Source: Eledone cirrhosa
Lineage: Eukaryota
Assembly: GCA_964016885.1 (NCBI GenBank)
Contig: OZ024744.1
Span: forward strand, 70,494,001 to 70,558,000
DNA: 64,000 nucleotides
Reading direction: 5' to 3'
Made by a program: the position numbers and the translations under genes
Shown: positions 40,011-56,447 of the stretch, piece after piece
Position numbering within the stretch: position 1 is the stretch's first letter
Layout of the letters: each line of letters starts with the position of its first letter
The notes under the pieces: model-generated
Told to the model about the DNA's origin: nothing
Databases searched by the model: none
The model's input: the letters and a program-made list of their open reading frames with translations, nothing else

Positions 40011-40734
40011 GGTACCATGTTCTCATGCTGGACATATATGCTAGAGTTAGAATGTTTACTTGTATCGCAGAAGTCTAGGTGAAGGGTCGCACGGAATTCA
40101 AAATTGGGGCAGATGAGACTCCTTAGTCATAATTATAACAACGCATTTAGTTGGTTGTTAGAGTACGCAGAATATCCATTGGAAGTGAAGACCCCATCAC
40201 TGAGCTGCTGTTACGGCATTTTGCTAAGAGAATAAAACTCTGAAGAGAAGCCTGCTTTTGAATTAATTATTTGTCATCTTGCTTAGGCCTGTCACTAGAT
40301 AATAACTGAAACTTAGAGACTGGTACTCGTGTTTACGTGCGTTTCTCACTATAACCCAATGATGTACTGACGTCTCAGTTGTTATTCTATCTCTACAACC
40401 GATGCAGGCTAGGGCATTAAATTCTTGGCATCATGTAGACATTGGGCCTATTACTGCAGCTATTAGATTGTCACACAAGTTTACACCTATGAAATACCGC
40501 CACTTCTGTTGGTTCGTCACCTCGGGAGATGTAGTATAGGTGTAGCCACTTGTGCTGATGTCTATTATGTTGGAATGTTGTCAAAGCCTAGGGTGGAAGT
40601 GGGGTCTTGGTCTTTCCATGCTGGTGTACTGTGCTGGTAGTGATAGGACCGGAGGATCTAAGGGGACGGTAATCATCTTGAAGATGGAACAACCATCATA
40701 TATGTATATATAGTAATTATTAAAATCTCAATGG

Positions 40735-41030
40735 AGGTTCCGTTGAAATAATGCCCAGCTGGCATTTACCTTCTTAGGTTCTTCAAGTTTCGCGAAACAA
40801 ATTGATTTACTTCGTTCTTCAGCCATCAGAAACTCACTGCCGGTGATACTTCAGTAAAGTCCTCTCTGAAAAAATATGTATACACATTCACACACATGCA
40901 CGCACGCGGCATTCCTACACAAGGGGTTTTACTGAACTATCACTGGCGATGGGTTACTGAATGCTGAAGAACGAAGTAAATCAAACTCGGAGTACATAAG
41001 AAGGTACACATCGGTTTGCCATGTATTTCA
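40735..41030. repeat. inverted pair of degenerate hammerhead-bearing fragments
   Basis: CTGAAGA-acgaagtaaat on both strands; one copy keeps stem II and GAAA, the other keeps stem III (actc-g-gagt-A) and stem I. Confidence 0.5.
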
Positions 41031-41112
41031 TGCAATATAGTATATTTCTCTCTGTGATTACATAATTGGGGCGCTTTCTCTGGTGATTACGACCATACAT
41101 TCAGGCTATATA

Positions 41113-41194
<82 letters not shown>

Positions 41195-41297
41195 ATATAT
41201 ATATATATTTATATATACATACATATACACACACACATATATATATATGTATATGTGTGTGTGTGTATATATATATATATGTATGTGTGTATGTATG

Positions 41298-41355
<58 letters not shown>

Positions 41356-41718
41356 CACACACACATACATACACACACATATATATACATATATATATAT
41401 ATACATACATACACATACACGCACACACATATATATATATATATACACACACACATATATATATAATTCATTTTGTGTACGGAACTTATTCCATTGCTCA
41501 TAATTTGAATTTGACCGCCATAAATCGGGTGTTAGCTCCCTTTGGAGAAACATGTGCTCTCACAACCGGACTGGCGTCAGAACGGGAGCCTGTTGAGAAA
41601 GTAAATCCTCTGTTTGATCTTCCAGAACCTTAACTTGCATACACCGTAGGCGGATTTTGTAGATTTCGGATTTACAGAAACCTAACTGAGATATTGTAAA
41701 ATGTCGGAAGTGATGGTC

Positions 41719-41803
<85 letters not shown>

Positions 41804-41884
41804 GCTAAACAGAAATAACAACACAATCGGTACAGTATCTGGAAGGAATATATTAGGTTAACGCTTGAAATAGCAGGAAGAGAG

Positions 41885-41920
41885 TCTTAACGTTTCGGAC
41901 GCTAGTCTTTCTTTAGAAGA
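41885..41920 (-). ncRNA. degenerate minimal hammerhead (G5 mutated)
   Basis: tctt-CTAAAGA-aagac/tagc/gtcc-GAAA-cg-TT-aaga. Confidence 0.45.
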
Positions 41921-42099
41921 AAGAGTGCGAAATAAGATAGATTGAAGGGACGGGGTGGGGTGGGATTGGAAAAAATGTCTTTAGATAAAAATATTCAGGT
42001 CCATTCATGTTGACATAGTGTATGAGATTCAGTAAATTACTGGTAGTGGCCCCAATATGAGCACTCGATGCACAAGCAGAGTGTATATATTTAAAAAAA

Positions 42100-42420
42100 A
42101 AAACGATGAAGTTTCATTTACATGTATTTAAGTTTTTATTGTGTAACGACCTGTTACACGCGTTTCGCAGAGAATTGGCTCAAGGTCACACATCCATGAA
42201 AAGAAATAGGACCGTTGTTTATATATACCCAATATCTTTACAGATCACAACAAATACTGTACTTCTTATTGAATCAACAATCTGACGAGCAGATCGACAA
42301 TGGAGTCGGGTTCATAACTTCTATGGTTGACCTTGGGCCAATCCTCTGTGAAATGCGTATAACGGATCAATACACAATAAAAACCTAAATATATGTAAAC
42401 GAAATTTCCTCGTTTTTCTT
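42100..42420. repeat. inverted pLTR-like pair with degenerate hammerhead (42278-42362 +)
   Basis: CTGACGA-gcaga...tctgt-GAAA-tgcg-TA; reverse partial copy at 42100-42190. Confidence 0.5.
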
Positions 42421-42893
42421 AATGTCTCTGTGTGTGTGTGCGTTTGTTTGTTGTGTGTGTGTATGTGTGTCTATGTGTGTGTGAGTATAAAATATATTAT
42501 TTATACTATATTATATTATATGCATATACAATATATATTAGTTATATGTATATAATAAATATTATATATATATGTGTGTGTGTGTGTATAAATGTAATCT
42601 GAGTTTTCGAATATTAATAATTGTTTCTACTTTAGGCCAGTGCATTACTGGTACTTTATTTTATCGACCCCGTAAGGATGAAAGGCAAAGTCAACCTCGG
42701 CGGGATTTGAACTCAGATCGTAAAGAGACGTAACTATGCTGGAAAGCATGACGTCCGACCCTCTACTGATACTGCCAATCCACCGCCTTAATAATAATAT
42801 TCGATTCGTTTCCAGTTATGCAAACAGCCTCCTTAAAGCCATGTCAGTAGAATGAGTCCCTCATTCTTGCTCTTGTGTTGGCATGTAAACAGA

Positions 42894-42940
42894 ACTGCAT
42901 ACACTAATGTTTCTGGATGTTTACCCTTCATCAGTGCAGT
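42894..42940 (-). ncRNA. intact type I hammerhead
   Basis: actgca-CTGATGA-agggt/aaac/atcca-GAAA-cattagtg-TA-tgcagt. Confidence 0.8.
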
Positions 42941-43072
42941 ATACGGCTTACCTGCCAACTGTCAGAGTTAGTGAAAATATATGATATTTTCTAAAATATA
43001 CAGTGACTGATCGGCCTGATTTGCATATTAGCAGACTGGGTGATCAGTCAGATTTGCATATTATATATATAT

Positions 43073-43232
<160 letters not shown>

Positions 43233-43342
43233 GATAAATCTACCAAGAGTTTACGGTAGTGTCCAATCCGTATGAAGAACTCAATGTATTCCGGATATCA
43301 TTATTCAATGTATTCATTATATCAATGTATTCCGGATATCAT

Positions 43343-43491
43343 ATTATTTCTGAAGACGGCGTATATATGTGTTTGGTATGTATATTTAATCTTGATAATT
43401 TGTATAATTTTGTATAATTTTGTACATAGATCTGTTGAATATGCATACCAATTCTAACACATATATATCCTAGAAACGATCGTTAAATAAT
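43343..43491 (+). ncRNA. hammerhead with ~115-nt stem-loop II
   Basis: attattt-CTGAAGA...tatatatgtgtt/aacacatatata...GAAA-cgatcg-TT-aaataat. Confidence 0.65.
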
Positions 43492-43563
43492 GAACTTTTT
43501 TGTTTAATATAAGGAATTGTTTATTCATTATTTGTTTAATATTTATATATATATATATATATC

Positions 43564-43738
<175 letters not shown>

Positions 43739-43746
43739 CATATATA

Positions 43747-45161
<1,415 letters not shown>

Positions 45162-45180
45162 TTATATATATATATATATA

Positions 45181-45550
45181 CAGGGTATCCCAAAAATGTA
45201 TACACACTTCAATAGCAGATAACTCAAATCCGCTTTTTTACTTTTCAGATTTTACCCATCAGAATTGATATGGCTTCAAGACTTAGCTGCGAACAAAGGA
45301 AATTCATCCTAAAATGCTACTGAGAGTATGAAAATACAGTTGAAGTCCAAAGACAGTCTAGAAAAGAGTTTTAGTCAGACCCACCTACGCGGCTAACCAT
45401 CTCTCGAATCATTAATAAGTATGAATCTGATGGAATTGTACATAATATACACACGACCGTTCTGGTAGACCACGGAAATCAACAAGCCCCAGAAAACAAG
45501 AAAGGCTATTGGAAAGTTTTCACAGAAGTCCGAGAAAATCTTTGCGGCAA
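45181..45550 (+). mobile_element. Tc1/mariner-like 5' end with transposase HTH fragment
   Basis: TA-CAGGGTATCCCAAAA; EQRKFILKCY..VEVQR..PPTRLTISRIINKYE..G..RSGRPR..SPRKSLRQ. Confidence 0.7.
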
Positions 45551-45659
45551 GAAAAAGAACAAGGCGGGCAAACGAATCGTCAGTGGAATCTGCTATTCGA
45601 CGGTCGCAAGATGCTGAACGTACTGCCACCAGAAAAGCACTTGAAACAGACAACCAACG

Positions 45660-46150
45660 AACCATTCGCCGAACCGTGTCAGCTTTGCAATGTCTATCAA
45701 CCAATCCCAGAGTCAGACCCTAGCTGTTGCTGGTCTTCTTTTGAAAGAGTCATGTTTTTCACACGGGCAACTATACGTTGGCTGCTCAAGAGTGGGAAAC
45801 AAGACAAATCTCTTTGCATATGCGGTAGAACAAGGAACATTGTGTACAAGGAGGTACTACAATCATTGTTTAGGTAGACGATGCAAAAGGGGATATACAC
45901 GATTGGCTGAAGAAGGACGAGACTGTGTTAATAGTACGACCAACGGCTGCAAAACCAACAACAAAAAAGAGAGGGAACGCAAGTATATGCTTTTGAAAAA
46001 TGTTAATGGAAAATTATTTGCCTAAGCACAAAATGTAGACACGATCCCCAGGCCGAGGTATTCCGTAGTTCTCTGTACTGTTTCAGAAAGGAGGAATAAA
46101 CATGCCAATCTATGTTTAGAAGTCCGAGCAATGCCGGTCCATTCTGCTAG
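45660..46150 (+). mobile_element. Helitron 3' fragment
   Basis: SFAMSINQSQSQTLAVAGLLL..CFSHGQLYVGCSRVG; ends ccgagcaatgccgg..ctgCTAG-T. Confidence 0.8.
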
Positions 46151-46475
46151 TAAATATATAAATATGAATTAATATATATCAATCTGCATTGTAAAGGCTT
46201 CCAAAACAACCATTTATATGTGTGTGTGTTTGTGTATTTGAGCGTGTGCGTGCGAGGGGTGTTGAGAGGTAAACAAAACAACTTTTAATAGACTCAGTGA
46301 TTCAGAAAAAAACATTTTTTCACACTCAGTGGTTCACTTTCAGTAATTCATTCTAAGTGTCTTTCCTGCGCTAAACATGTAGCCGGATGGTTTACAGGCG
46401 TGTGTTTTATATATATATATATATATATATATTAGTTTTGCGAGGTTTTTTATATGAAATCGTGTGTCGAAACAG

Positions 46476-47105
46476 ATATTGTTATATTTGGGGAGGGTCA
46501 TATTTGCGTAATATTGCCAGAATTAATAACAGAACACACTCACTGTTTGGTTGGTTTTCGCTTCTCGCTGTCTTTTATATATATATATCTGCGATCTAAC
46601 TTACTCGGTCCTCAATGTTGCCATTGACTGACCGGCGGTCAAAAATAATACAGATACAATATAGACACAAACACATATATATAGTTTACATAATTTACAT
46701 AAATCTTTCGTTGCACATCTGCAACATCGTCAGTGGTGTTATATTCATTGTTCCTCCTGTTGTGTTGTATGTCTACGCCATTTTTTTCGACAGACTGAAC
46801 AAAAAAAATGGCGTAGACATACAACACAACAGGAGGAACAATGAATATAACACCACTGACGATGTTGCAGATGTGCAACGAAAGATTTATGTAAATTATG
46901 TAAACTATATATATGTGTTTGTGTCTATATTGTATCTGTATTATTTTTGACCGCCGGTCAGTCAATGGCAACATTGAGGACCGAGTAAGTTAGATCGCAG
47001 ATATATATATATAAAAGACAGCGAGAAGCGAAAACCAACCAAACAGTGAGTGTGTTCTGTTATTAATTCTGGCAATATTACGCAAATATGACCCTCCCCA
47101 AATAT

Positions 47106-47113
<8 letters not shown>
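46476..47113. repeat. ~640-bp near-perfect palindrome with mirror hammerheads (46696-46738 -, 46851-46893 +)
   Basis: ~312-bp identical arms, ~13-nt spacer; CTGACGA-t-gttgca/gatg/tgcaac-GAAA-gatt-TA. Confidence 0.9.
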
Positions 47114-47167
<54 letters not shown>

Positions 47168-47513
47168 AGAAAAAAATGATTATTAGGAAAAACATTTTTT
47201 TTTTTTCCTTATTTTTTCTCTCTTTTTTCTGGGTTAGAAAATGTTTAAAACAAAATATTTTACTTTGTGTGTAGTGTTAAGGTATTAGTTAATTTATTTA
47301 TTAATTAACAATACCATTGATTTATTGATTTATTGATTTATTAATTTATTCATTTAATAATTATCAATTACCGGTTTCAGCATTTTATACATTATCAAAT
47401 TATGTGAGCGGGAGAGAAAAAAGGGGGAATTTGTATTGGTATAAAATGTAGGAGAGAAAATAAGGTGATGTTGAATATGTTATTGAAATGGGAAAGAAAG
47501 AATTATATTATTT

Positions 47514-47569
<56 letters not shown>

Positions 47570-48140
47570 GTTGAATACCGGCTAGATACCGAAGCAAGAC
47601 CAACCGAGCTCATGATTATTATCCAGCCATTGCGCTCGTGGGCTATCCGTGGATTTCTTGTCCATCGATTCTTTCCTGAGGCATTCTAAATCACATGCCA
47701 ATAGTATTGGAGCTGTGATCTCTGATTTCGGAGAAGTAACAGCTCTACCTGGTGTGACTAACTGATCTCCGAGTTACGCACTCTATCGAGTAACGTTTCT
47801 CCAAAGAGCGTGCTGCACGGCAGGGAAGAAAATCAGTATTACGAAAACTGAGACATTCCTCCTCTCAAGGCACTCTGCGTGTGCGCAGTGCATTCTACAT
47901 GTGAGTGAAGTTCCACTGAAGCACGATGAGAAGTCCAAGTATATCGGAGCCATATTCACGAGTGAAGGATGGCAGGAGGCTGAATTAAGTGAAAGAATTG
48001 CAAAAGTTAGTGCAGTAATGCGCCAGCTTCAGCAGGGAGGTATGTGTAAAAGCCAAACTTGCTATCTCCACTTCGGTATTCATGCCAACCCCTACTTATG
48101 GTCATGAATCTTAGGTAATGATCGAAAGAATACGATCACG
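47570..48140. mobile_element. RTE LINE fragments in opposite orientations
   Basis: EKSKYIGAIFTSEG..ELSERIAKVSAVMRQL, similar to 2680-2950. Confidence 0.65.
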
Positions 48141-48384
48141 AATATATATAACATATAATTGTTTCTACTTTTGGCACAAGGCCAGCAATTATCCCAGTGT
48201 ATTACTGGTACTTTATTTTATCGACCCCGTAAGGATGAAAGGCAAAATTAACCTTGGCGGGATTTGAACTCAGATCATAAAGGGACGTAACTATGCTAGA
48301 AAGCATGGCGTCCGACCCTCTACCGATACTGCCAATCCACACTATTATATATGTATATGTCTGTGTGTGTATATATATATACAC

Positions 48385-49255
<871 letters not shown>

Positions 49256-49289
49256 GCCGGATGGGTGGATCAGGTAAAAGAGTAAAAGA

Positions 49290-49409
<120 letters not shown>

Positions 49410-49476
49410 GTGTGTGTGTACATATACTGGGTGTCCCCCAACAATGTATACACATTCCAACACAACACACAGACAC

Positions 49477-49542
<66 letters not shown>

Positions 49543-50269
49543 TAACAGATTAAAGTTGAAGCAAAGAATCGCTGCTTTCACCCTTAACGGGATCTTCTGA
49601 AACTATAAAAAAATCAATCTGTGAACGCAGAAGTAAATATTCCGAAAAACGTAGCAAGCGAAGGAAAACAGGAAGATGATACTTTGGTTCGTAGATACGT
49701 TCCCTGGTAATGAGCGAAAAAAAAGAAGCGAAGATCATACGTCGTTATGTGGAGCGTTGAGAACAATTACACAAAAAGACAGAACCACGTTTATGGTATA
49801 AATAGAGTCATTAGACTAATATTCTATTTAGGAAACCGAATGATTCTCGGTTTGTGTGTGTGTATACATATAATTATATATACATATATAAATATACACA
49901 CACACACACATATACATATATATACAATATACACATAAATATACATAAATATACACAAATACATATATACACACATACACATATACGCATACAAATATAT
50001 ACGCACAAACACGAAATACACATATACACATAACCATATACACACATACCAGTATATATAATATATACACCAATAACATATACAAGCATACATACGTACG
50101 AGAAAGTATACGTACCTCCACAAACATACGGGTAAGGTTTACTTACCTATACAAATAAGTAATGATATAAACATAAAATATACTCAGCAACCACATCACG
50201 ACGTAAATTAGCCGCGTATTGTTCGTACTATCCGTTAGGGTATAATGTGGGGCTGTAATACAGGAAAGT

Positions 50270-51065
50270 TTTATCAATTTCTGCTTACAAGTCGAAATTG
50301 CTTAAGATTTTTTGTTTAAGATGTGATCATTGGCGTAGAGTATTTCCAGGGCTTCAGCGGCGCATAGATAGCATGGTCTTTTATTTCCGTTATACAATCT
50401 AGCTTTAGCTAGGATCCCCCAGTGTAACCTATATTGGGTATGGTTGTCTTTTAGACTCCAGATATAAGCTGAAAGTGACGTCATGTTCCTTCTTAAAGGG
50501 TTAAGAAAAGAATGGGTGTGCATGTAAAGACGCTGCTTGAATCTATTGGTGGTTAACCCTATGTAGGCACTACTAGACGTGGGTGTGTCGATCTTATATT
50601 CGTAGACAATGTTACTAGAGAGGCATTTCCCGGATAGAGGGCAGTCAACCCGATTCCTACAACTACAGCTAGTACTAGCTACAGGGTTGCACGTGTTACT
50701 ACGGCTAGGTAATTTAGATAAATTTGAAACAGTGATGTTACGTGCAAAGTTAGGAGTCGAGGAGTAAGATATTTTAACGGTATTTCTATTTAAAATGTTA
50801 TTATATTTATGTGCTAAGAGGAAATGCTTCTTAATAAGGGAGAGAAAGATTTTAGCTAATGGTGTGGCCACCTCCATATTATATGGTGGGTTATACCATA
50901 TAATCTTGGTCATGCTGGCAGGATGGTTAGAATGGTTACTGATGTAATTAAGTGTATCATTCGGCTTTCTATACGAGCAGTGGATGCCATTCGACAAATT
51001 GAGAGTAACGTTGAAGTAGTTTACGACCGAAAGGTTGGTCTCAACTTGTATGGAGAGGTTGAAGC
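50270..51065 (-). mobile_element. PLE RT C-terminus and GIY-YIG endonuclease fragment
   Basis: YRKPN..SNHP; IIWYNPPY; CSCRNRVDCPLSGKC..IVY..AYIGLT..FKQR..H..SF; CYLCAAE..LNKKS. Confidence 0.85.
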
Positions 51066-51099
51066 TTATTATTACAATTATATATATATATATATATAT

Positions 51100-51465
51100 A
51101 TTGTTATACTTTGGGAGGGTCATGCTACCAATAAATTCGAAAATGAAGTATATGTATATATTGAAAACAAAGCGAGGTTTCGCATTGAAGTCTTTATTGA
51201 TTATACATAGTTACGACTATTTCACAGATGGGTGGCTCTCGATCTATATTAATGCTATAGACCCGACTCCAGCCATATCTGTTCATCAAACATCTTAATC
51301 AAGCAAAGCCAAAATCTTGATTAACAAGTCTGAAAAACATATCGACCTGGAGTTGGGTCTATAGCATTAACATAGATCCAGAGCCACCCATCTGTGAAAC
51401 AGTCGTAACTATGTATAATCAATAAAGACTTCAATGTGAAACCTCGCTTTGTTTTCAATATATAC
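51100..51465. repeat. diverged inverted pair with degenerate hammerheads (51209-51292 -, 51327-51410 +)
   Basis: (TTGATGA or CTGAAAA)-aca(g/t)at...atctgt-GAAA-(c/t)agtcg-TA-act. Confidence 0.6.
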
Positions 51466-51594
51466 ACTCTGCCTTAGCATAGAGTACTGATTTCGGTACC
51501 CTCCTCAGTAAACCACCAATATACTGGACCATCAATTATTATCCATTATTAACATTCAGCTGTTTTAACGGCTGTTCTAGCGCAGAGTTTTCCT

Positions 51595-51672
<78 letters not shown>

Positions 51673-51678
<6 letters not shown>

Positions 51679-54600
51679 GCACCACCCGCACCCCCACCAT
51701 CTATTTCCTCCCCAAACTCCACAAACCCGACAACCCCGGCCGCCCCATCGTCTCCGCTTGCAACTGCCCCACCGAACTCATCTCCGCCTTTCTTGACTCC
51801 ATCCTCGCCCCCCTTGTCACCACCCTCCCCTCCCACATCTCCGACACCAACCACGCCCTGCGCCTTTTCGACTCCTTCACCTACCCACCCGGCCCACAGC
51901 CCTTCCTCTTCACCCTAGACATCAAGTCCCTCTATAACGTCATCCCCCACGCCGACGGCCACGCGCCCTCAAACACTACCTCGACCTTCGCCCCTCCCCC
52001 CTCCCCCCCACCCCCACCCTCCTTCGCCTCGCCGAACTGGTCCTCACCCTCAACTGTTTCTCCTTCTCGGGTGAGTTTTACCAACAGGTCACGGGGGTAG
52101 CCATGGGTACAAGAATGGGCCCAAACTATGCCAACCTTTTTGTTGGCCATGTTGAGGCCCAAATCTTTGCCCAGTACACCGGCCCCACGCCCGAACTGTA
52201 CGGTCGTTACATTGACGACTGTATCGGAGCCACGACCCTCACCCGAGAACAGCTCGACTCCTTTCTCTCCTTCTTCTGCTCCTTCCACCCCTCCCCCCAC
52301 TTCACCACCTCTATCTCCACCACCCACTTCTTAGACATCTCCGTCGCCTTCGACCCCTCCCACCACTCCCTCGTCACCTCCGCCTTCTTCAAACCCACCG
52401 ACTCCCACTCCTACCTCGACTTCACCTCTTCCCACCCCACACACACTAAACACTCTATTCCCTACTCCCAACTCCTCAGGATCCGCTGCCTCTGTAGCCG
52501 AGATGCTGACTTTGAGTCCCAGGCCCTTTCCCTAGTCAGCCATTTCATCCGCAGAGGTTATCCCCTCTCTCGTCCACACCGCTCTCACCCGCGCTCGTGC
52601 TGTCCCCCGCTCCACCACCCTCACCCCACGCCACCGCACACCCACCCACCGTCTCCCCTTCCTCATCATCTACCACCACTCCACCATACCCCTCCACCGC
52701 ACCATCCTCCGCCTCTTCCGACGCCTCCAGTCCGACCCCTCCACCTCCCACATCTTCCCAGCCCCACCACTCCCCTCCTTCAAACGCGCACGCAATCTCC
52801 GCACCCTCCTCGTCCACAGCCCCCCCCCCCCGGTTCCTTTCCCTGTTCTAGGCCCCACTGCAACACCTGTCCCCACATCACCAACACCACCACCTTCCAG
52901 GGTCCCAACGGCCACTCTCTCTCTGTCCGGCATGCCTTCCGCTGCACCTCCTCCAACCTAGTCTACGGACTTCGTTGCACGGAGTGCAGCGCGACTTACG
53001 TCGGACAGACTGGACGTCGCCTGGCGGACAGATTTACTGAACACCTCCGGGATATTCGTCTCGGTGGTAGTTCCCCCATCGCCCGCCACTTTGGTGCCCC
53101 TGGACATTCCGCACACCACCTCACAGTCTGTGGCCTACTCCAATGCCACGGAACACCCGCCACTCTCCTCAGGGTCGAACAACGAACCATCTTCACCCTA
53201 CAGACCCACACTCCCCCCGGCCTGAACTCCCCACTCTTATTCTTTTAGCTTTCGACCGCCCCCCTCCCCCACATATATCCCCCACTAACACCACTAACAC
53301 ACCCCTCCTTTTCACCGCCCACCCCACAACTAACAATACTAACACCTCCACCCCACATCCGACCACCCTTCCCCAACTAACATACTAACATCCCTCCCTC
53401 CCTTCTTCTCCTCCCCCTCCTTATCACACGCACACACCCACCGGTACATATATACACGCGCTCACACTAAACACACACCCTACTACCACCACTAACCCTC
53501 ACCCCACACATCCACCCCACGACCCCGCAACTAACATCACTAACACCTCCTGACCCCAAGCACACGAACACACACACCCACTTACACCACCCACTCTACA
53601 CGCAACTAACATCACTAACACCCACCTACCCACCCACCCCAACCCTACGCACACGAACACACACACCCTCTTACACCACCCACTCTACACACCCTACCAG
53701 GACTGACCCCCACTCATACCCGCATTCAACCCTTTCTCCACCTCCAGTATACTAACACCCCCTTCACCACACACACACTCATCCAAACACGCACACACAC
53801 ACTCCAGTACACTACACACCCTCCATCGGCCCCCACACCCTTCTCTCCCCACTCCACCCACACGCTTTCTCAAACACACACACATCCCACTAACACCTCT
53901 ACTAATACACACACACCCCCTCCTCACTCCAACTTTCAGACCTACCCATCCTCTCCCCTGTCCACCGCACCTCCGCACACACTGACACACCGACTTTTTT
54001 CACTTACCATTCTACCCTACTGCTGCTATGCCTCTCTGACCACCTCCCCGCACACACAGACACACAACCCTCCTCCTGCTTTGACCCTCTGACCACTTCC
54101 TTTTGCGCGCACACCCTACATCTCCCCTCTTCCGACCAATCTCTTCACGGATTACACATATGTGAACCTTGATCCCGAGAATCTACCGCATCCCAAGGAT
54201 TTTACTCAGCATTCCACCACATCCTTTTACGGAATTACCTTTACGACTCACCCCCGGATATACATCCAAAAAAATGTTTTCCCCACACGCCACCTACATC
54301 CACAACACGCATAAACACCATACACACATGTGCGTACAACCACATATTTACACATTCAGCCTCCGTATCCTCTCCCCCCCCCCCACCCCTCTATCCACAC
54401 ACGCACACACACTCCGACCTACACCCCACCCCACACACACCTCTTCCTGAACATGCAACCCCGTTCTTCCCCAACTCCTGCTTTCACATACACACACACA
54501 CACATACACACACGTACACCTACACACACACACACACCACCTTCAGCCCTCCCCACTCGGACACCCCGTCTCCCGCCCCCACTCCACCCTCCACCACCCC

Positions 54601-54886
54601 TACACGCTCCACACACTTCCACCACCTGTTTTACTCCATTTTAATTTTATTTTGATCATGCCTTTATTTTTCATTTCATTTGCACCGTTTCCTCTCACCC
54701 CCTTTTTGCTATATGTCTCTCCACCACTCCCCTACACACCCTTGGAACTCTCTTCCCACACACTTTTCACCTGAAGAAGGGCTTATGCCCGAAACGTCGT
54801 TCCTCATCACCACCCTACTCTCAAGAGCGTGAAACTAATAAACCTTTGTTCGTACTGCCTCTCTGTTTTGTTCCCGTTCAATTTTT

Positions 54887-54890
<4 letters not shown>
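51673..54890 (+). mobile_element. Penelope-like element (Neptune-like, tentative), 5'-truncated: RT and GIY-YIG to 53248, C/A-rich UTR, hammerhead 54768-54800
   Basis: KLHKPDNPGRPIVS, FTLDIKSLY, GVAMGTRMGPNYANLF, RYIDD, KPTD..YL..SSHP, C..C..C, NLVY..C..C...YVGQTGRRLADRFTEH; frameshifts; CTGAAGA-agggc/ttat/gccc-GAAA-cg-TC. Confidence 0.9.
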
Positions 54891-54936
<46 letters not shown>

Positions 54937-55089
54937 CGAAGGAAATATGGTAAGGAACCAGGTGGACCATAACGCACCAAAGTACTCAATACTTAGGGTA
55001 GTAGAGTGGGTAATAGGAACAAGTAAGACCCCGACGGCTGAGCTCAAGCCGTTTCGACGGCTAATTCTGGACCTATATATATATATATA

Positions 55090-56435
<1,346 letters not shown>

Positions 56436-56447
56436 ATATATATATAT

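Noticed and set aside
46615-46974. Mirror 111-aa ORFs on both strands
   Set aside because: Consequence of the palindrome; no coding signal
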